From an uncultured Candidatus Binatia bacterium (lineage in GTDB: Bacteria; Desulfobacterota; Binatia; Bin18), in assembly GCA_965214605.1 (NCBI GenBank), contig OZ243961.1:1056001-1120000 (forward strand): DNA of 64,000 nt, in the 5' to 3' direction. The notes beneath the pieces are model-generated. The model had not been told where the DNA came from and did not search any database. It saw nothing but the letters and a program-made list of their open reading frames with translations. Numbering within the stretch: the first letter of the stretch is position 1; every line of letters starts with the position of its first letter. Below, piece after piece: positions 33,570-44,400 of this stretch. The position numbers were made by a program, and so were the translations under genes.

Positions 33570-34592
33570 TTAGACCGAGGCCGGAAACTGCTCACAAAAA
33601 CGTAGATCACTCGCGTTGAGCAGCCGAATATCGGGGATGTTGTACTTCATCATCGCCAGCCGGGTCAGGCCTAGGCCAAACGCAAAGCCACTATACTGGT
33701 CGGGGTTAACACCGCCAAATTCTAGCACCCGGGGATGGACCAAGCCGCACGGCAGCAGTTCGACCCAACCCGAGCGTTTGCAAGTAGCACACCCGCTGCC
33801 GTCACAGATCAGACACTGGATATCCAGCTCAAAGCCGGGCTCGACAAAGGGGAAATAGCCGGGCCGTAGCCGGACCGTAACCTTACGCTGAAAGACAGCC
33901 GTTAGTAAGGTCTTCATCATCGCAATCAGGTTGGCGATCGAGATATCAGTATCGACCATCAGCCCTTCGAGCTGGTAGAAGGTATTTTCGTGGCTGGCGT
34001 CAATGGCCTCGTTGCGAAAACAGCGGCCAGGAAAAATCGCTCGCAACGGCACGCCATGGGTCTCTAAGGCGCGGACCTGGTTGGCCGAGGTATGCGTTCG
34101 GAGTAACATGCCGTTGGTCAGCCAGTACGTGTCCTGCATATCTCGAGCCGGATGATCGCTGGGAATATTGAGACTCTCAAAATTGTAAAAGTCGGTCTCG
34201 ATGTGATAACCGGTCTCAATCAGAAACCCCATCGCCCGGGCGATCTCTTCCAGCTCCATTTGGACCAGCGAGATCGGATGGAGATGGCCGCTGCGATTAT
34301 TCAGACCCGGCAACGTCATATCGATACTGATCTGAGGCTGGGAGCTGGCCTGCTGTTCGGCCCGAGCTTGGCCAAGCTGGTCTCCAACAAAGCGTTTGAG
34401 CTGGTTAAACTGCTGGCCAAAGCGCTTCTTTTCGTCTGCCGACATGCACGTAAAATCCGCGTTTTTTCGCAGTAGGGTCACGATTCCTTTACGACCCAGG
34501 TAGCGCACCCGGACGGCTTCGAGCTCACGCTCCGAGGTCACCGAGGCTAGCTCTTCACGCAGTTGTATCCGTATCGCCTGGATATTCTGCAC
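33570..34592 (-). CDS. pheS: Phenylalanine--tRNA ligase alpha subunit
   Basis: HPARDMQDT, LLRTHTS, FYQLEG, YFPFVEP, GFAFGLGLTRLAM; GTG start after GGAG. Confidence 0.96.
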   Translation of the reverse strand: MQNIQAIRIQLREELASVTSERELEAVRVRYLGRKGIVTLLRKNADFTCMSADEKKRFGQQFNQLKRFVGDQLGQARAEQQASSQPQISIDMTLPGLNNRSGHLHPISLVQMELEEIARAMGFLIETGYHIETDFYNFESLNIPSDHPARDMQDTYWLTNGMLLRTHTSANQVRALETHGVPLRAIFPGRCFRNEAIDASHENTFYQLEGLMVDTDISIANLIAMMKTLLTAVFQRKVTVRLRPGYFPFVEPGFELDIQCLICDGSGCATCKRSGWVELLPCGLVHPRVLEFGGVNPDQYSGFAFGLGLTRLAMMKYNIPDIRLLNASDLRFCEQFPASV

Positions 34593-34728
34593 AAAACTCT
34601 CCTTCGCCGAACTTTGCCCAGATCCTATCTGGGCCGCCTCTTTCTCGAAAGCCCCTCTGCCCTATTGAGGAGGGCCCACGCACCCGCTCAGCTCACAGGC
34701 ACGGGCAACCTACAGGGGGCCGCCTCCG

Positions 34729-35406
34729 CTATTGCAGCATAGCGTCCCAGCCTTTCCAGTAAAGTTCGGCTGCGCAGCGTACCTCTTTGATGAATTCTTG
34801 GCGCTCCCGGTCTGTTGTCAACAGATGCTCAATCAGCTTACGTCCCGTCTGGGCGTGCTCTCGGTCTGCCTCTATATGGCCGGAAAAGAAGCGTAGGGCG
34901 TCGGGGTTCATATGATAGTGGGTTTGCAGGCCCTCGAACATGTCCTGACAGGCGTGGGAAAAGCCGCCCTCCAAGACGCCTAAGGCACCCGAGTATTGGG
35001 CCTTCCGCGAGACCAGGAGCCAGAAATAAGCGTTCATGGCGCGTGCCGCAGGCGAGGCGCTCGACCGTTCAAGATCCTGCCGGAGGAGGCCCAAACCTTT
35101 TTCCCAGAACTCGAACAGCAACTCGGTATGGCCGGCAGTATTGGTGTACAGGCCCATCGCCTCTTCGGCAAAGTTCTCGGCCATCATCTCCGCGCCCTGT
35201 TTATCTATATCGGTCATGCTGATATAGCCCTGGGCGATGTAGTGGCCGGAGTCTCTGACCGTCATCTCATAATGCTCTATGGCAAACTGCTTGATCTGTT
35301 GCCGGGTGGCTTTGCCGTCCTTGACTAGTTTGACCAGCGGGTGGCGGCCGATATTAAACTCATCGGCAATCCCCTCAACTGTATTCCAAAATACCTGCGT
35401 ATCCAT
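34729..35406 (-). CDS. Heme-oxygenase-like diiron protein (TenA/PqqC/CADD superfamily)
   Basis: HP...G, ENFAEE...GH, LE, FFSGHIEADREH: ligand pattern like CADD (E..H, E, HxxxDxxH). Confidence 0.8.
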   Translation of the reverse strand: MDTQVFWNTVEGIADEFNIGRHPLVKLVKDGKATRQQIKQFAIEHYEMTVRDSGHYIAQGYISMTDIDKQGAEMMAENFAEEAMGLYTNTAGHTELLFEFWEKGLGLLRQDLERSSASPAARAMNAYFWLLVSRKAQYSGALGVLEGGFSHACQDMFEGLQTHYHMNPDALRFFSGHIEADREHAQTGRKLIEHLLTTDRERQEFIKEVRCAAELYWKGWDAMLQ

Positions 35407-35460
35407 ATGCTGCCCTCCTTATCTGAATTTCACCCGTCTCGCTACGCGGTATGGGACGGC

Positions 35461-35937
35461 CTAGACGAGAAACGTCAAATTGTCGATAACCTCATCGTTG
35501 TTCACTAATAAGACCTTTTTTGACACTATCTTCAGGCCGTCTGCGTCCCGACGCAGATGATGAACCGTCCGCCCGGCAAACGTATCTTGTTTGCTGCGGC
35601 GGAGCTCGGTCAGATTGAAGTTTGAATAGACGACGATCTCGCCGTCGTCAGCCGCCTCAATCTCGATATTGGAGACCACGCGGCGTAAGCGAGACCTGGG
35701 GTCCTGCGAGTAGGCCGCTCCGTTTTTGAGTCGATCAATCCGATCCCGTAACTGGGCCAGATCGTCATAGATAATCGCCACCTGCTGGCCGGGGTCCATG
35801 TCGTCGTCATTGCTCGGCACCCAGTACAGAGCATCTTCGGTCCACAGCCCTAGCCACTCATCGTAGGCGTGCTCGTCCATTAGCCGCGCCTCGCGATACA
35901 GGAAATCTTCAATCTGGTGGCGGTCTACGGCCATCAT
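35461..35937 (-). CDS. Aromatic-ring-hydroxylating dioxygenase beta subunit
   Basis: FLYREARLMD...YWVP, SQDPRSR.RR.VSN, KKVLLVN; overlaps alpha stop. Confidence 0.93.
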   Translation of the reverse strand: MMAVDRHQIEDFLYREARLMDEHAYDEWLGLWTEDALYWVPSNDDDMDPGQQVAIIYDDLAQLRDRIDRLKNGAAYSQDPRSRLRRVVSNIEIEAADDGEIVVYSNFNLTELRRSKQDTFAGRTVHHLRRDADGLKIVSKKVLLVNNDEVIDNLTFLV

Positions 35938-37253
35938 ACGCCCCCGCTCGCCCGGCGCGGCTGAACGATGGATAGCCCTGCACTCTGGGTCATGACCTTT
36001 TTCCAGTGCCGCCAGATGCCACGTTGGGTAACTTCGTCGGTCATGTGTCCGACAATCGTGCCGTCCTCCTCACGGCGCTGGCGGTGCAATCCGCGGGCTA
36101 TCAGCAACCACGGATCAAGCTCGGCGCTCAGTCCGATCTGGTTCCGCTCAAACATCTCCAGATCGTCGGGCGCACCAGACCCGGCCGGGCCGTAAAACGC
36201 CTCATGGCCGCGCAGGCGTTTGATATTCAGCTCTTGGGGCACGTCTTTGAGCAAAGTCGGATACAGAAACACCTCGGTCTGGTCAATCGACAGCGGCTGA
36301 ACCACCCGGATCTGTACCCCGATCAGGATGAGATTGGGAAACACCAGCAGATGCGTCCCTCCGGCAATCAGAATCTCCTTGGCACGCGCCTTGCCGTAGG
36401 CCGCGATCAGCGTCTCCTCGTAGGCGTTCCCTCCTGCCGTGGTCGGCAGGAGGGACATCATTTTTTCGCGATTCGCTCGGTTATTCGGGCGGTAGTCAAG
36501 CATGACATTACCATTGCCAAAGTCGCGGCTCAGCCCGATCGAATTGCCCGAAAAAGTATCGACCTTGATGCCGGTCCGCTTCTGAATCGAGCGCAAAAAC
36601 GTCTGATGGACAAAGTTCGGATGATAGCCGTCCATGGCATTCTCAAGCTGAAACTTCCAGTTGCCCGCATACCCATACTTATGGATACCGGAACGGACCT
36701 CGATCTCGCCCTGAGGAGACTGATCGACAAACAGATCGATCTGCTCCTTGGCCCGGCCCAGATGCTCGTCCAGCGTCATCCCCGCTGGGCTCAAACTGCC
36801 AAACACAAAGCCGCGATAGGTGTCCACGCGGGGCACCTTACGCAGACCAAAGTCCGCCTTGTGAAACGACGCATCGTAGCCGTCCTGGTAGGGCACGCTA
36901 GCCAGCTTGCCGTTCCGGCGAAACGTCCAGCCATGATAGGCGCAGCGGAAGGCGGTCTTGTTCCCCCGCTCGGTCTGACACACAGCGTTGGCCCGATGTG
37001 GGCAGCGGTTCATCAACAGCTGTACCTCTCCCTCATCATCTCGGACCATGATGACCGATTGACGGCCAAGCTTGGTCAGCCGAAAATCGCCCGGCTGTGG
37101 GATCTCGCCGACATGGCCGACATAGACCCAGCCACGATGAAAAATTTTGGCCATCTCTTCTTCAAAGATGTCGGGGTCGGTATACACCCTTCCGTGAATA
37201 CGGTCTTCTTTGACCAAAGCGTCATAGTCGATGTGCGATTGTCCTGCCGCCAT
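35934..37253 (-). CDS. Rieske ring-hydroxylating oxygenase alpha subunit
   Basis: Rieske CPHR...CAYHGW; mononuclear Fe site ENAMDGYHPNFVH...PDDLE. Confidence 0.95.
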   Translation of the reverse strand: MAAGQSHIDYDALVKEDRIHGRVYTDPDIFEEEMAKIFHRGWVYVGHVGEIPQPGDFRLTKLGRQSVIMVRDDEGEVQLLMNRCPHRANAVCQTERGNKTAFRCAYHGWTFRRNGKLASVPYQDGYDASFHKADFGLRKVPRVDTYRGFVFGSLSPAGMTLDEHLGRAKEQIDLFVDQSPQGEIEVRSGIHKYGYAGNWKFQLENAMDGYHPNFVHQTFLRSIQKRTGIKVDTFSGNSIGLSRDFGNGNVMLDYRPNNRANREKMMSLLPTTAGGNAYEETLIAAYGKARAKEILIAGGTHLLVFPNLILIGVQIRVVQPLSIDQTEVFLYPTLLKDVPQELNIKRLRGHEAFYGPAGSGAPDDLEMFERNQIGLSAELDPWLLIARGLHRQRREEDGTIVGHMTDEVTQRGIWRHWKKVMTQSAGLSIVQPRRASGGV

Positions 37254-37279
37254 AGTCTCCCTCCTTACATCACGTCAAA

Positions 37280-38719
37280 TCATTTTGCTGCAAGTGTGGT
37301 GACTGCTCCAGCCTCCTCTGGCGCATCCTGGGTACGGATCTCATCAGCCACGGACCAGGCCCGCCGTGCTTTCGCGGCCGGGTGCGGGTCGGTCAAACGC
37401 GCCCGGCCCCGACCAAACAGCTTCTCCCGAAACGTGCCGTCTTGATACTCGTGCTGCATCATACCGCGTTGCTGCAAAACCGGCACGACGCCGTCAACAA
37501 AGTCTTCAAACGTGCCCGGCGTACTCGCATAGGCCAGGTTGAACCCGTCTACACCAACGTTGATCCAGTCTTGAAAGGCATCTGCCAGCTGCTCGGGCGT
37601 ACCAACCAAGACCGGTCCACCACCGCCAATGCCGACGTATTTAGCCAGGTCGCGCAGTGTCCATCTGCGCTGCCCATCCGTTTTGGCGAACATTTGCATC
37701 AACGTTCGGACTGCATTGGTCTCAACGTACTCCAGTTCCTGATCGAGATCATAGCCACCAAAATCAATCCCCGACCAGCCGCTGAGCAGAGCCAGCGCGC
37801 CCTCGTAGCTGACCTGCTCGAAGAAATCGTCATATTTGCGGCGCGCCTCAGCCTCGGTGCCGCCGGTAATGGCCTTAATGTAGGTCGAGAAGAGGATACT
37901 CTCAGGTTTTCTGCCCTGCTTGGCTGCGGCGGCACGCGTAGCCTGAATGGAGGCTCCAACGGCTTGGGGAGTGGGGGCAGTGATGAACACAGCTTCGGCG
38001 TGTTGGGCGGCAAACTGCTGGCCGCGCGGTGAGGCTCCCGCCTGGTACAGTACAGGCGTACGCTGTGGAGACGGCTCGGCTAGATGGCAGCCGTGGACCC
38101 GAAAGTATTTTCCGGTGTGATCGACGTCGTGTACCTTGAGCGGGTCGGCGTAGATCCCCTGCTGGCGGTCTTTGACTACCGCGTCGTCCTGCCAGCTGGC
38201 TTCCCACAGCTTGTAACACACCGTCAGATATTCATCGGCAATATCATAGCGCTCATCGTGTTCCGGCAAACCCTGCTGTCCAAAACTCCGCCCGGCACTC
38301 TCTAGGTAGGAGGTCACGATATTCCAGGCAATTCGGCCCTTAGTCAGATGGTCGAGCGTCGAAATGGTCCGGGCAAAGGCAAACGGGTGACACTGTAAGA
38401 CCGAGCTGGTAAAGGCAAACCCGAGATGCTGAGTCGCATACGCCATGGCTGGAATCAGTACCATCGGATCGTTGACCGGAATCTGGGTTGCCTGGGTCAG
38501 TGCTGCCTGACGACTATTGCGGTAGACGTCGTAGACTCCAATCACATCGGCCAAAAACAGGGCGTCGAATTTGCCCCGCTCCAGTAGCTTGGCCAGCTCA
38601 ACCCAGGTATCAAGATCGGTGTAACGGTCCATCTTGTCGTTGGCGCGCCCCCACAGCCCGGGAGACTGATGGACGACACAATTCATATGAAAGGCGTTGA
38701 AGTAGATGCGTTTATTCAT
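37280..38719 (-). CDS. LLM-class FMN-dependent monooxygenase (NtaA/DszA/DmoA family)
   Basis: FDALFLAD, LDHLTKGRIAWNIVTS, PSPQRTPVLYQAGAS.RG, VDGFN, VPVLQQRG, GTFREKL. Confidence 0.92.
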   Translation of the reverse strand: MNKRIYFNAFHMNCVVHQSPGLWGRANDKMDRYTDLDTWVELAKLLERGKFDALFLADVIGVYDVYRNSRQAALTQATQIPVNDPMVLIPAMAYATQHLGFAFTSSVLQCHPFAFARTISTLDHLTKGRIAWNIVTSYLESAGRSFGQQGLPEHDERYDIADEYLTVCYKLWEASWQDDAVVKDRQQGIYADPLKVHDVDHTGKYFRVHGCHLAEPSPQRTPVLYQAGASPRGQQFAAQHAEAVFITAPTPQAVGASIQATRAAAAKQGRKPESILFSTYIKAITGGTEAEARRKYDDFFEQVSYEGALALLSGWSGIDFGGYDLDQELEYVETNAVRTLMQMFAKTDGQRRWTLRDLAKYVGIGGGGPVLVGTPEQLADAFQDWINVGVDGFNLAYASTPGTFEDFVDGVVPVLQQRGMMQHEYQDGTFREKLFGRGRARLTDPHPAAKARRAWSVADEIRTQDAPEEAGAVTTLAAK

Positions 38720-38741
38720 AAGGCTTTTCCTGTGAGGAGTC

Positions 38742-39380
38742 CTAGGCGAAACCTCGGCGCTCAAGCTCTGCAAACAGCTCTGGCGGGGGCTGAGGAAATC
38801 TGGCTAAGACCGCCCCGCCATCGAGCGTCTGTTCGGCCTCCAGCGGTGTGGCCGTATACACGTTGACGATTCGGGCAACAGGATCGACGAACCCAGGCGA
38901 GCTGTACGCCCGCAGAAAAATACTCACGACGTTTACGATCCGTCTCTGCCACGATATTCTCGTCGCTCAGCCCTGCAATGAAGGAGTCCGGCACGAAGTC
39001 CAGGACAGGGCTAGTTGACCCCCGTCGTTCAGGCAGGCGATCCCACGACATACAGGCCAGGTCCAGAATGCGGACCAAACCAAGCGCAAGGCCTCCCATG
39101 CTCTCAGCACCAGTCGCCAGATGTCGCGTCTTCACAAATTCCCATAAAACAGCACTCAACGCAGTAGTCAGACATGATTCCGAAACCCTATGAGTTTCTC
39201 AACATCCTCAAGTAGCTCACAGAATAAGCCCTGGTGCTGGGTATGGGGCGAGAACGTCCGCTTCGGTGGCCGTCCCTGCAGAGGCCAACACCGTATCCAG
39301 ATCGGCGACGCTCCCCCCAGGCGAGCGAGCAGGTCCGCCACTATTTCAATGCTGTCAGCAGAAGCTTGCAGGTTTGCCAT
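38742..39380 (-). pseudogene. Decayed Uma2 (DUF820) endonuclease
   Basis: Three-frame fragments: VADLLARLGG..P..IR...CELL..VEK.IGFR; LVRILDLA..SWDRLP...DRKRREYFSAGVQLAW; VDPVARIVNVYT...TLDGG..L..F...ELFAELER. Confidence 0.8.
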
Positions 39381-39466
39381 GACACTCTTGTCTTTTGGCT
39401 GGAAACGCGCTCAGAGCACACGCAATGCGAGCTTTGAGCTATTGCATTTTGCACTGGAAAAAGCAA
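39291..39466. repeat. Diverged direct repeat, copy 1 (Uma2 5' end plus upstream region)
   Basis: Aligns nearly ungapped with 45298-45471, e.g. caatgctgtcagcagaagcttgcaggtttgccat vs caatgctgtaagcagaagcttgcgggtttggcat. Confidence 0.9.
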
Positions 39467-39561
39467 TCAGACTGCTATGCTCTTTTCAATGCTGGGCTTA
39501 GAGCAGCCGGCGGACTTAGTTGCCACGGACCTTGCCTCAGGTATTATGAAGACCGCCAACC

Positions 39562-41445
39562 ATGCAAACGTGTCATCGAATAGGATACCTAGAGCCAAAG
39601 GGCAGACAGCTCCTCGTCTGTTTGCTCGGCACTGTGGCCTGTGGTCTGTTTTCGCCGGTTTTTGCCCTGACGCTTGACGATCTTGACCCGGCCCAGGAAT
39701 GGCGGCTAGGCGAACTGAGATTTTCCGCCAATGCCCGCCTCGCCGAAGCCGAGCTGCGGACGGTCCTGACCACACAGGCCAGACCATGGTATGCCCTGTG
39801 GCGCAAACATCCCCAGTTTGATCCTGTTGCCTTTGGCCTTGACCTGAAACGACTGCTCCGCTTGTACCGCTCGCGCGGCTATTACCACACAAAGCTGAGC
39901 CACGAGTTAACAGCTCAGGAAAAACGTCTGTGGACCAGGGGAGAGTACACTCTGCTCAGTGTTCGGCTACACATTGAGGAGGGTGAACCGATCCAGATCC
40001 GACAGGTGGATATCCAATTCGACAGCCAGCACGGCGGCGGGCACGGACCGCCTGCTGATCTGCCTGAGCTGCCGGTCAAACCGGGCGACGTTTTTACCGA
40101 AGACAGCTACAGGGAGGCCCAAGCCCAGCTCAAGGCGTTTTTTCTCGACCGCGGATACGGCTTGGCCAAGGTGACACGCACGACTGAAGTGTTCCTTGAC
40201 CAGCGCGCCGCTCACCTACTCTACCATCTTGCCCCCGGCCTGCCAACCGTTTTTGGTCAGACCCGCATTGAGGGGCTGAGCAATGTGGCCCCCTACCTGC
40301 TCAGGCGAGAACTCAGCTATCAGCCCGGCCAGCAGTTCTCCGACCAGGCGGTCCAGGCCACCCACAAAAACCTCCTGGCCCTAGACCTGTTTGAGACGGT
40401 GCAGATCGCCCCGGCAAAAATCAACGGCCGATCCGAGATCGTGCCAATGCGGATTCGGGTTGTCGAACGTCCGCCTCGAGACCTGCGACTCGGTCTGGGC
40501 TACGGCACTGAGGATGAATTTCGAGGCCAGGCTGAATGGCATCATCAGAACTGGCTTGGTGGCGGGCGACGCCTGTCGATGCTGCTGAAGTTCTCGGCCA
40601 TTAGTCGCTCTATCGGCGTCCGGTTGATGCAGCCGCATTTCCTGACCAAGCGCTCTCGGCTGGTTTTCAACCTCAGCCAAGGCCAGGAAGATGAAGAAAC
40701 TTTTCTGCTGAACTACACCCGCTTTCAGCTCCAGATTGAGCACCGCTTCTCCTCCGTCCTGTCCGGTTTCTTGGGCTGGCGGCTTGAATTTGCCAAACTG
40801 AACCACATCTCACCGTCAACAATTCGTGAGCTCGGCGGGCTCACGCGTGAGGGGTTGCTGTCCGGCCCAGCCCTAGAGCTGGTATGGGATACGACCTCCG
40901 ATCGACTTGATCCCAAACAGGGCAATGTCGTGGTGCTCAACTTTACCCAGACTAGCAGCCCGGACTATCAATTCTATAAGCTCATGGCCGAGGCGAAAAA
41001 ATATTATTTGCTCGGCTGGCGGACGGTTGTCGCTGGTCGCCTTAAATTCGGCCTGGCCGATGCCTTTGGTCCGATGACAAACCTGCCCATCTCCGAACAC
41101 CTGTATGCTGGCGGCGAAAAGAGTGTGCGCGGCTATGGCCGGCGGCGCCTGGGACCGCTGAGCCAATCGGACGATCCGCTTGGCGGCCTGAGCCTAGTAG
41201 AAGGCTCACTGGAACTCCGACGCCCGGTCTGGAAAGCGCTGAGCGCAAGCGTGTTTGTCGATTTTGGCCAGTTGGAGACCCGGAGCTACGATATTCCGCT
41301 CGAGAGTGTGAAGTTTAGCACAGGCTTTGGTCTCGGCTACAACACTCGTCTCGGACCGCTCCAGCTGTCTATAGGCTTCCCTTTCGATCCTCCGTCCGGC
41401 GATGCCCCTTGGCAGCTACACTTCAGCGTGGGGCAGTTCTTCTGA
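39562..41445 (+). CDS. tamA: TamA/Omp85-family outer-membrane protein
   Basis: POTRA-like repeats (RGYY, DRGY, RRELSY..G), barrel motif YAGGEKSVRGY, C-terminal GQFF. Confidence 0.88.
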   Translation: MQTCHRIGYLEPKGRQLLVCLLGTVACGLFSPVFALTLDDLDPAQEWRLGELRFSANARLAEAELRTVLTTQARPWYALWRKHPQFDPVAFGLDLKRLLRLYRSRGYYHTKLSHELTAQEKRLWTRGEYTLLSVRLHIEEGEPIQIRQVDIQFDSQHGGGHGPPADLPELPVKPGDVFTEDSYREAQAQLKAFFLDRGYGLAKVTRTTEVFLDQRAAHLLYHLAPGLPTVFGQTRIEGLSNVAPYLLRRELSYQPGQQFSDQAVQATHKNLLALDLFETVQIAPAKINGRSEIVPMRIRVVERPPRDLRLGLGYGTEDEFRGQAEWHHQNWLGGGRRLSMLLKFSAISRSIGVRLMQPHFLTKRSRLVFNLSQGQEDEETFLLNYTRFQLQIEHRFSSVLSGFLGWRLEFAKLNHISPSTIRELGGLTREGLLSGPALELVWDTTSDRLDPKQGNVVVLNFTQTSSPDYQFYKLMAEAKKYYLLGWRTVVAGRLKFGLADAFGPMTNLPISEHLYAGGEKSVRGYGRRRLGPLSQSDDPLGGLSLVEGSLELRRPVWKALSASVFVDFGQLETRSYDIPLESVKFSTGFGLGYNTRLGPLQLSIGFPFDPPSGDAPWQLHFSVGQFF

Positions 41446-41461
41446 AGGAGGCGTTTCGCCG

Positions 41462-44400
41462 ATGACAACAGTCTGGAAGAGTCTCGTTTGGGGGACAGCA
41501 CTGCTGGGGCTGGTGATGATCGGCGGCCTCGCCTTCCTCCAAACCGAACAGTTTCGGAGCCTCGCCCGCAAGCAGCTCATCACAGCCCTCAACCAGCATC
41601 TCAAAGGACACATCAGCCTGGAACGGATTGAGGGCACGTTGTGGGGTTCGCTAATCCTGCACCAGGTGCGTCTGGAGTACCAGGGCCAGACCCTTGTCCA
41701 CATCCCACGCCTGGTAGCCCGCTATCGGCTACCAGCCCTACTCAAGGGGCGGGTTTCGCACCTGACGCTTATTCAGCCGGTCGTCCAGATCGCTCAGGAC
41801 GACCAGGGTCGACTCAATCTGCTCGAAGCCGTCTCGGGGACCGCCGCGGAATCCCAGCCCGGTCAATCAAGCCTCAGCATCGGTCTGGAGAACCTGACCG
41901 TACAGGGGGGCCATCTCTCCTTTGACCTGTCTGGCCGAGCCTACCAGTTGAACAACATCAGTCTTGACGCCGACCTCGCCTCGGTTCCGACCGGCTTTGA
42001 AGCCCGTGTCCGGCGTTTGACCCTGCAAACTGCCGTCCAAGGCTTTCCGCGACTCAGCGTTGACGCCGTAGTCGCCTACCAGAATACTCTCTCCCAGGCC
42101 ATCGTCCAGCTCCAACAGCTTAGGCTCACCACAGATCACTCACGCGTCCAACTCAGCGGCCAACTCAGCGGCCCGTCCATACCCGGGACTAGTTTTGGCC
42201 TTGATATTAAACTGCTCCTCGAAAAAATCGGAGCGACCGATATGTTGTGGCTTGCCCCTGGGCTGCCCCTCAAACACGAGATCACGGGCCGGGCGCGGTT
42301 CACCGGCCGGCCGGACGATTTGCACGCGAGTCTCCAGCTCAAGACAGCCGAAGCGACTGTTGACGTCCAGGCTAGGACCGACCTCAGCCGCCGCCAGCCG
42401 AGCTATCAGGGGACGGTCACACTGGCACATCTCGATCTTGCCCAGGTATTCGATGACGAGAGGGTCAGCCGTGTACGCGCCCGTATACACGGCACTCTGC
42501 GTGGTCGCGGAGTCGGCGCGTCCGTGTCCGCTCTTGAGACCCAAGCAGACCTTCGGCTCGAGAGGCTGCGGCTGGCCGATGTCGAGCTGGGAGCAGTCTC
42601 GGTTCAGGCACGGCTGGCCGATCAGACAGTCATAGTCAACGGAGACCTGGCCGGCGCCGCCGGCCAGGTCTCTTGGCAAGGCAGTGTAGCCCTGACCAAT
42701 CCACCCAAATACGCGCTCACCTTTACCGCCAAACCCCTGACACTAGCCGTTGTAGGACAGGACACGCTCAATCTAAGTGGCACAGTGCACGGCACGGGGC
42801 TGAGATTGTCAGATATGGACACCCGGGCGGACATAACGCTTCAGCCGTCCCGCCTCGGTCGGCTCAGCCTCACACGCGGCCGCCTGCTTGCCCGCATCAG
42901 CCGGGGACGGATCCGCGTCTCAGAGGCAACGTTAGCCACCCCAGACGCTCAGCTGCATCTAGAGGGCGAGTTGGGGTCCGCTCTTGATCACAACGGCCAG
43001 TTATCCTACTCGCTGCGGGTCGACCGACTGTCCCCCTGGCTGGCTCGGGTCGGTCAGGAGGGAGCGGGTCGGCTGACGCTGGAGGGAGCGGTGACCGGTA
43101 GTCTGGCCAGCATGCGAACCCAGGGGACCCTCAGGGCCGAGGCAATCCGTCTGTCTCAACTGTCGTTGGCCACGGCCACCATCGACTTTGCCGCCGACCG
43201 GCTTGGCCAGGATCAGCCTCGGGCCAGCCTCACGGTTGGGCTGCGCGGCCTCCACGTCGGGCTTGATGTGCAAACACTCAGCGCCGCCGTGCAACTCAGC
43301 TCCTCCAACTCTGACCGACGGGCCCACCAACTGCAACTCGACCTCACCGCCACGCAGACGCCCGAGCACCAGCACCATCTCCGGGCGCACTTCTTGGTCC
43401 AACCGGAACAGATTGTAGCCCAACTTCAGAATTTGTCCCTGGCTCTGCCACTTGGTACCTGGCACCTGGCCCAGCCGGCACGGCTTCGACATCACGCGGC
43501 TGGCATCACATTCGACCGTTTTGTCCTGGCCAAACACGATGAGCCGGCCCAACAGTTCGTCCTCCAGGGTCGGCTGGCCACGACCGGTCCTCAGAAGATG
43601 CGGTTCCAACTTCGAGACGTCTCGCTCGAAGAACTCGTAGACCTGCTGCCTTCCCAACCGCCCATACGCGGCACTGTTTCGGCTGATATCCAGATTGCTG
43701 GGACCGCCGAGGTCCCGGTTGTAGCTGGTAGTGTTAGCGTGAATGATCTGCACCTTGCAGGCCAGACCCACGCCGGCCTCAGCGCAACCGTCCGGTATCA
43801 GGACCAGAAAACAGCCCTTGGGGTTATCTTCCGGCAAGACGAGCACCACACGCTGCACGCCAACGCTAGCCTGCCCGTGTCACTCAGCTGGGCCGGAGGA
43901 TTTCAGATCGGCGTCCTTGGCGATCTAAACTGCAGTATTCGCTCGGACGGCCTCAGCTTAGTCTTTCTGAACGCCTTCAGCGGCAAAGCCCTGGATGATA
44001 TCGCCGGCACCCTCCAGCTCGATCTTCAGGCCGGCGGGCCGCCCACCAAACCTCTACTCAACGGCACGTTTACCCTGCAAGACGGTCAGGTCCGCGTTAA
44101 GCCGTTGGGGCTTGCCCTGAGGCCGATCAGTCTCACTGGCAGTCTGACTCCTCACCACATCAAAATTGACCGGCTCAGAGCCGCGGCCGGCAACGGAAGT
44201 TTGCGCGGCGTGGGGCTGGTTGAGCTGCTGGATTACCGGCCCCTGGCCCTGGACCTGACGGTCGAGGCCACTGACTGGCCGACCATCTGGACCCATCAAT
44301 ATCGACTTGAAATTGACGCTGACCTCCACGCCCGCGGCCCACTTGGCGCTCCCCAGGTTAACGGTCAGATTGAGGTGCAGCGGGCCACTCTGCGACCGGA

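Noticed and set aside
34593-34728. Possible T-box or pheM-type attenuator before pheS (8-bp hairpin GCCCAGAT/ATCTGGGC)
   Set aside because: No T-box consensus, no Phe-rich leader peptide and no U-tract; the spacer is short.
36006-37445. 479-aa + strand ORF
   Set aside because: Antisense shadow of the Rieske alpha subunit; no recognisable motifs.
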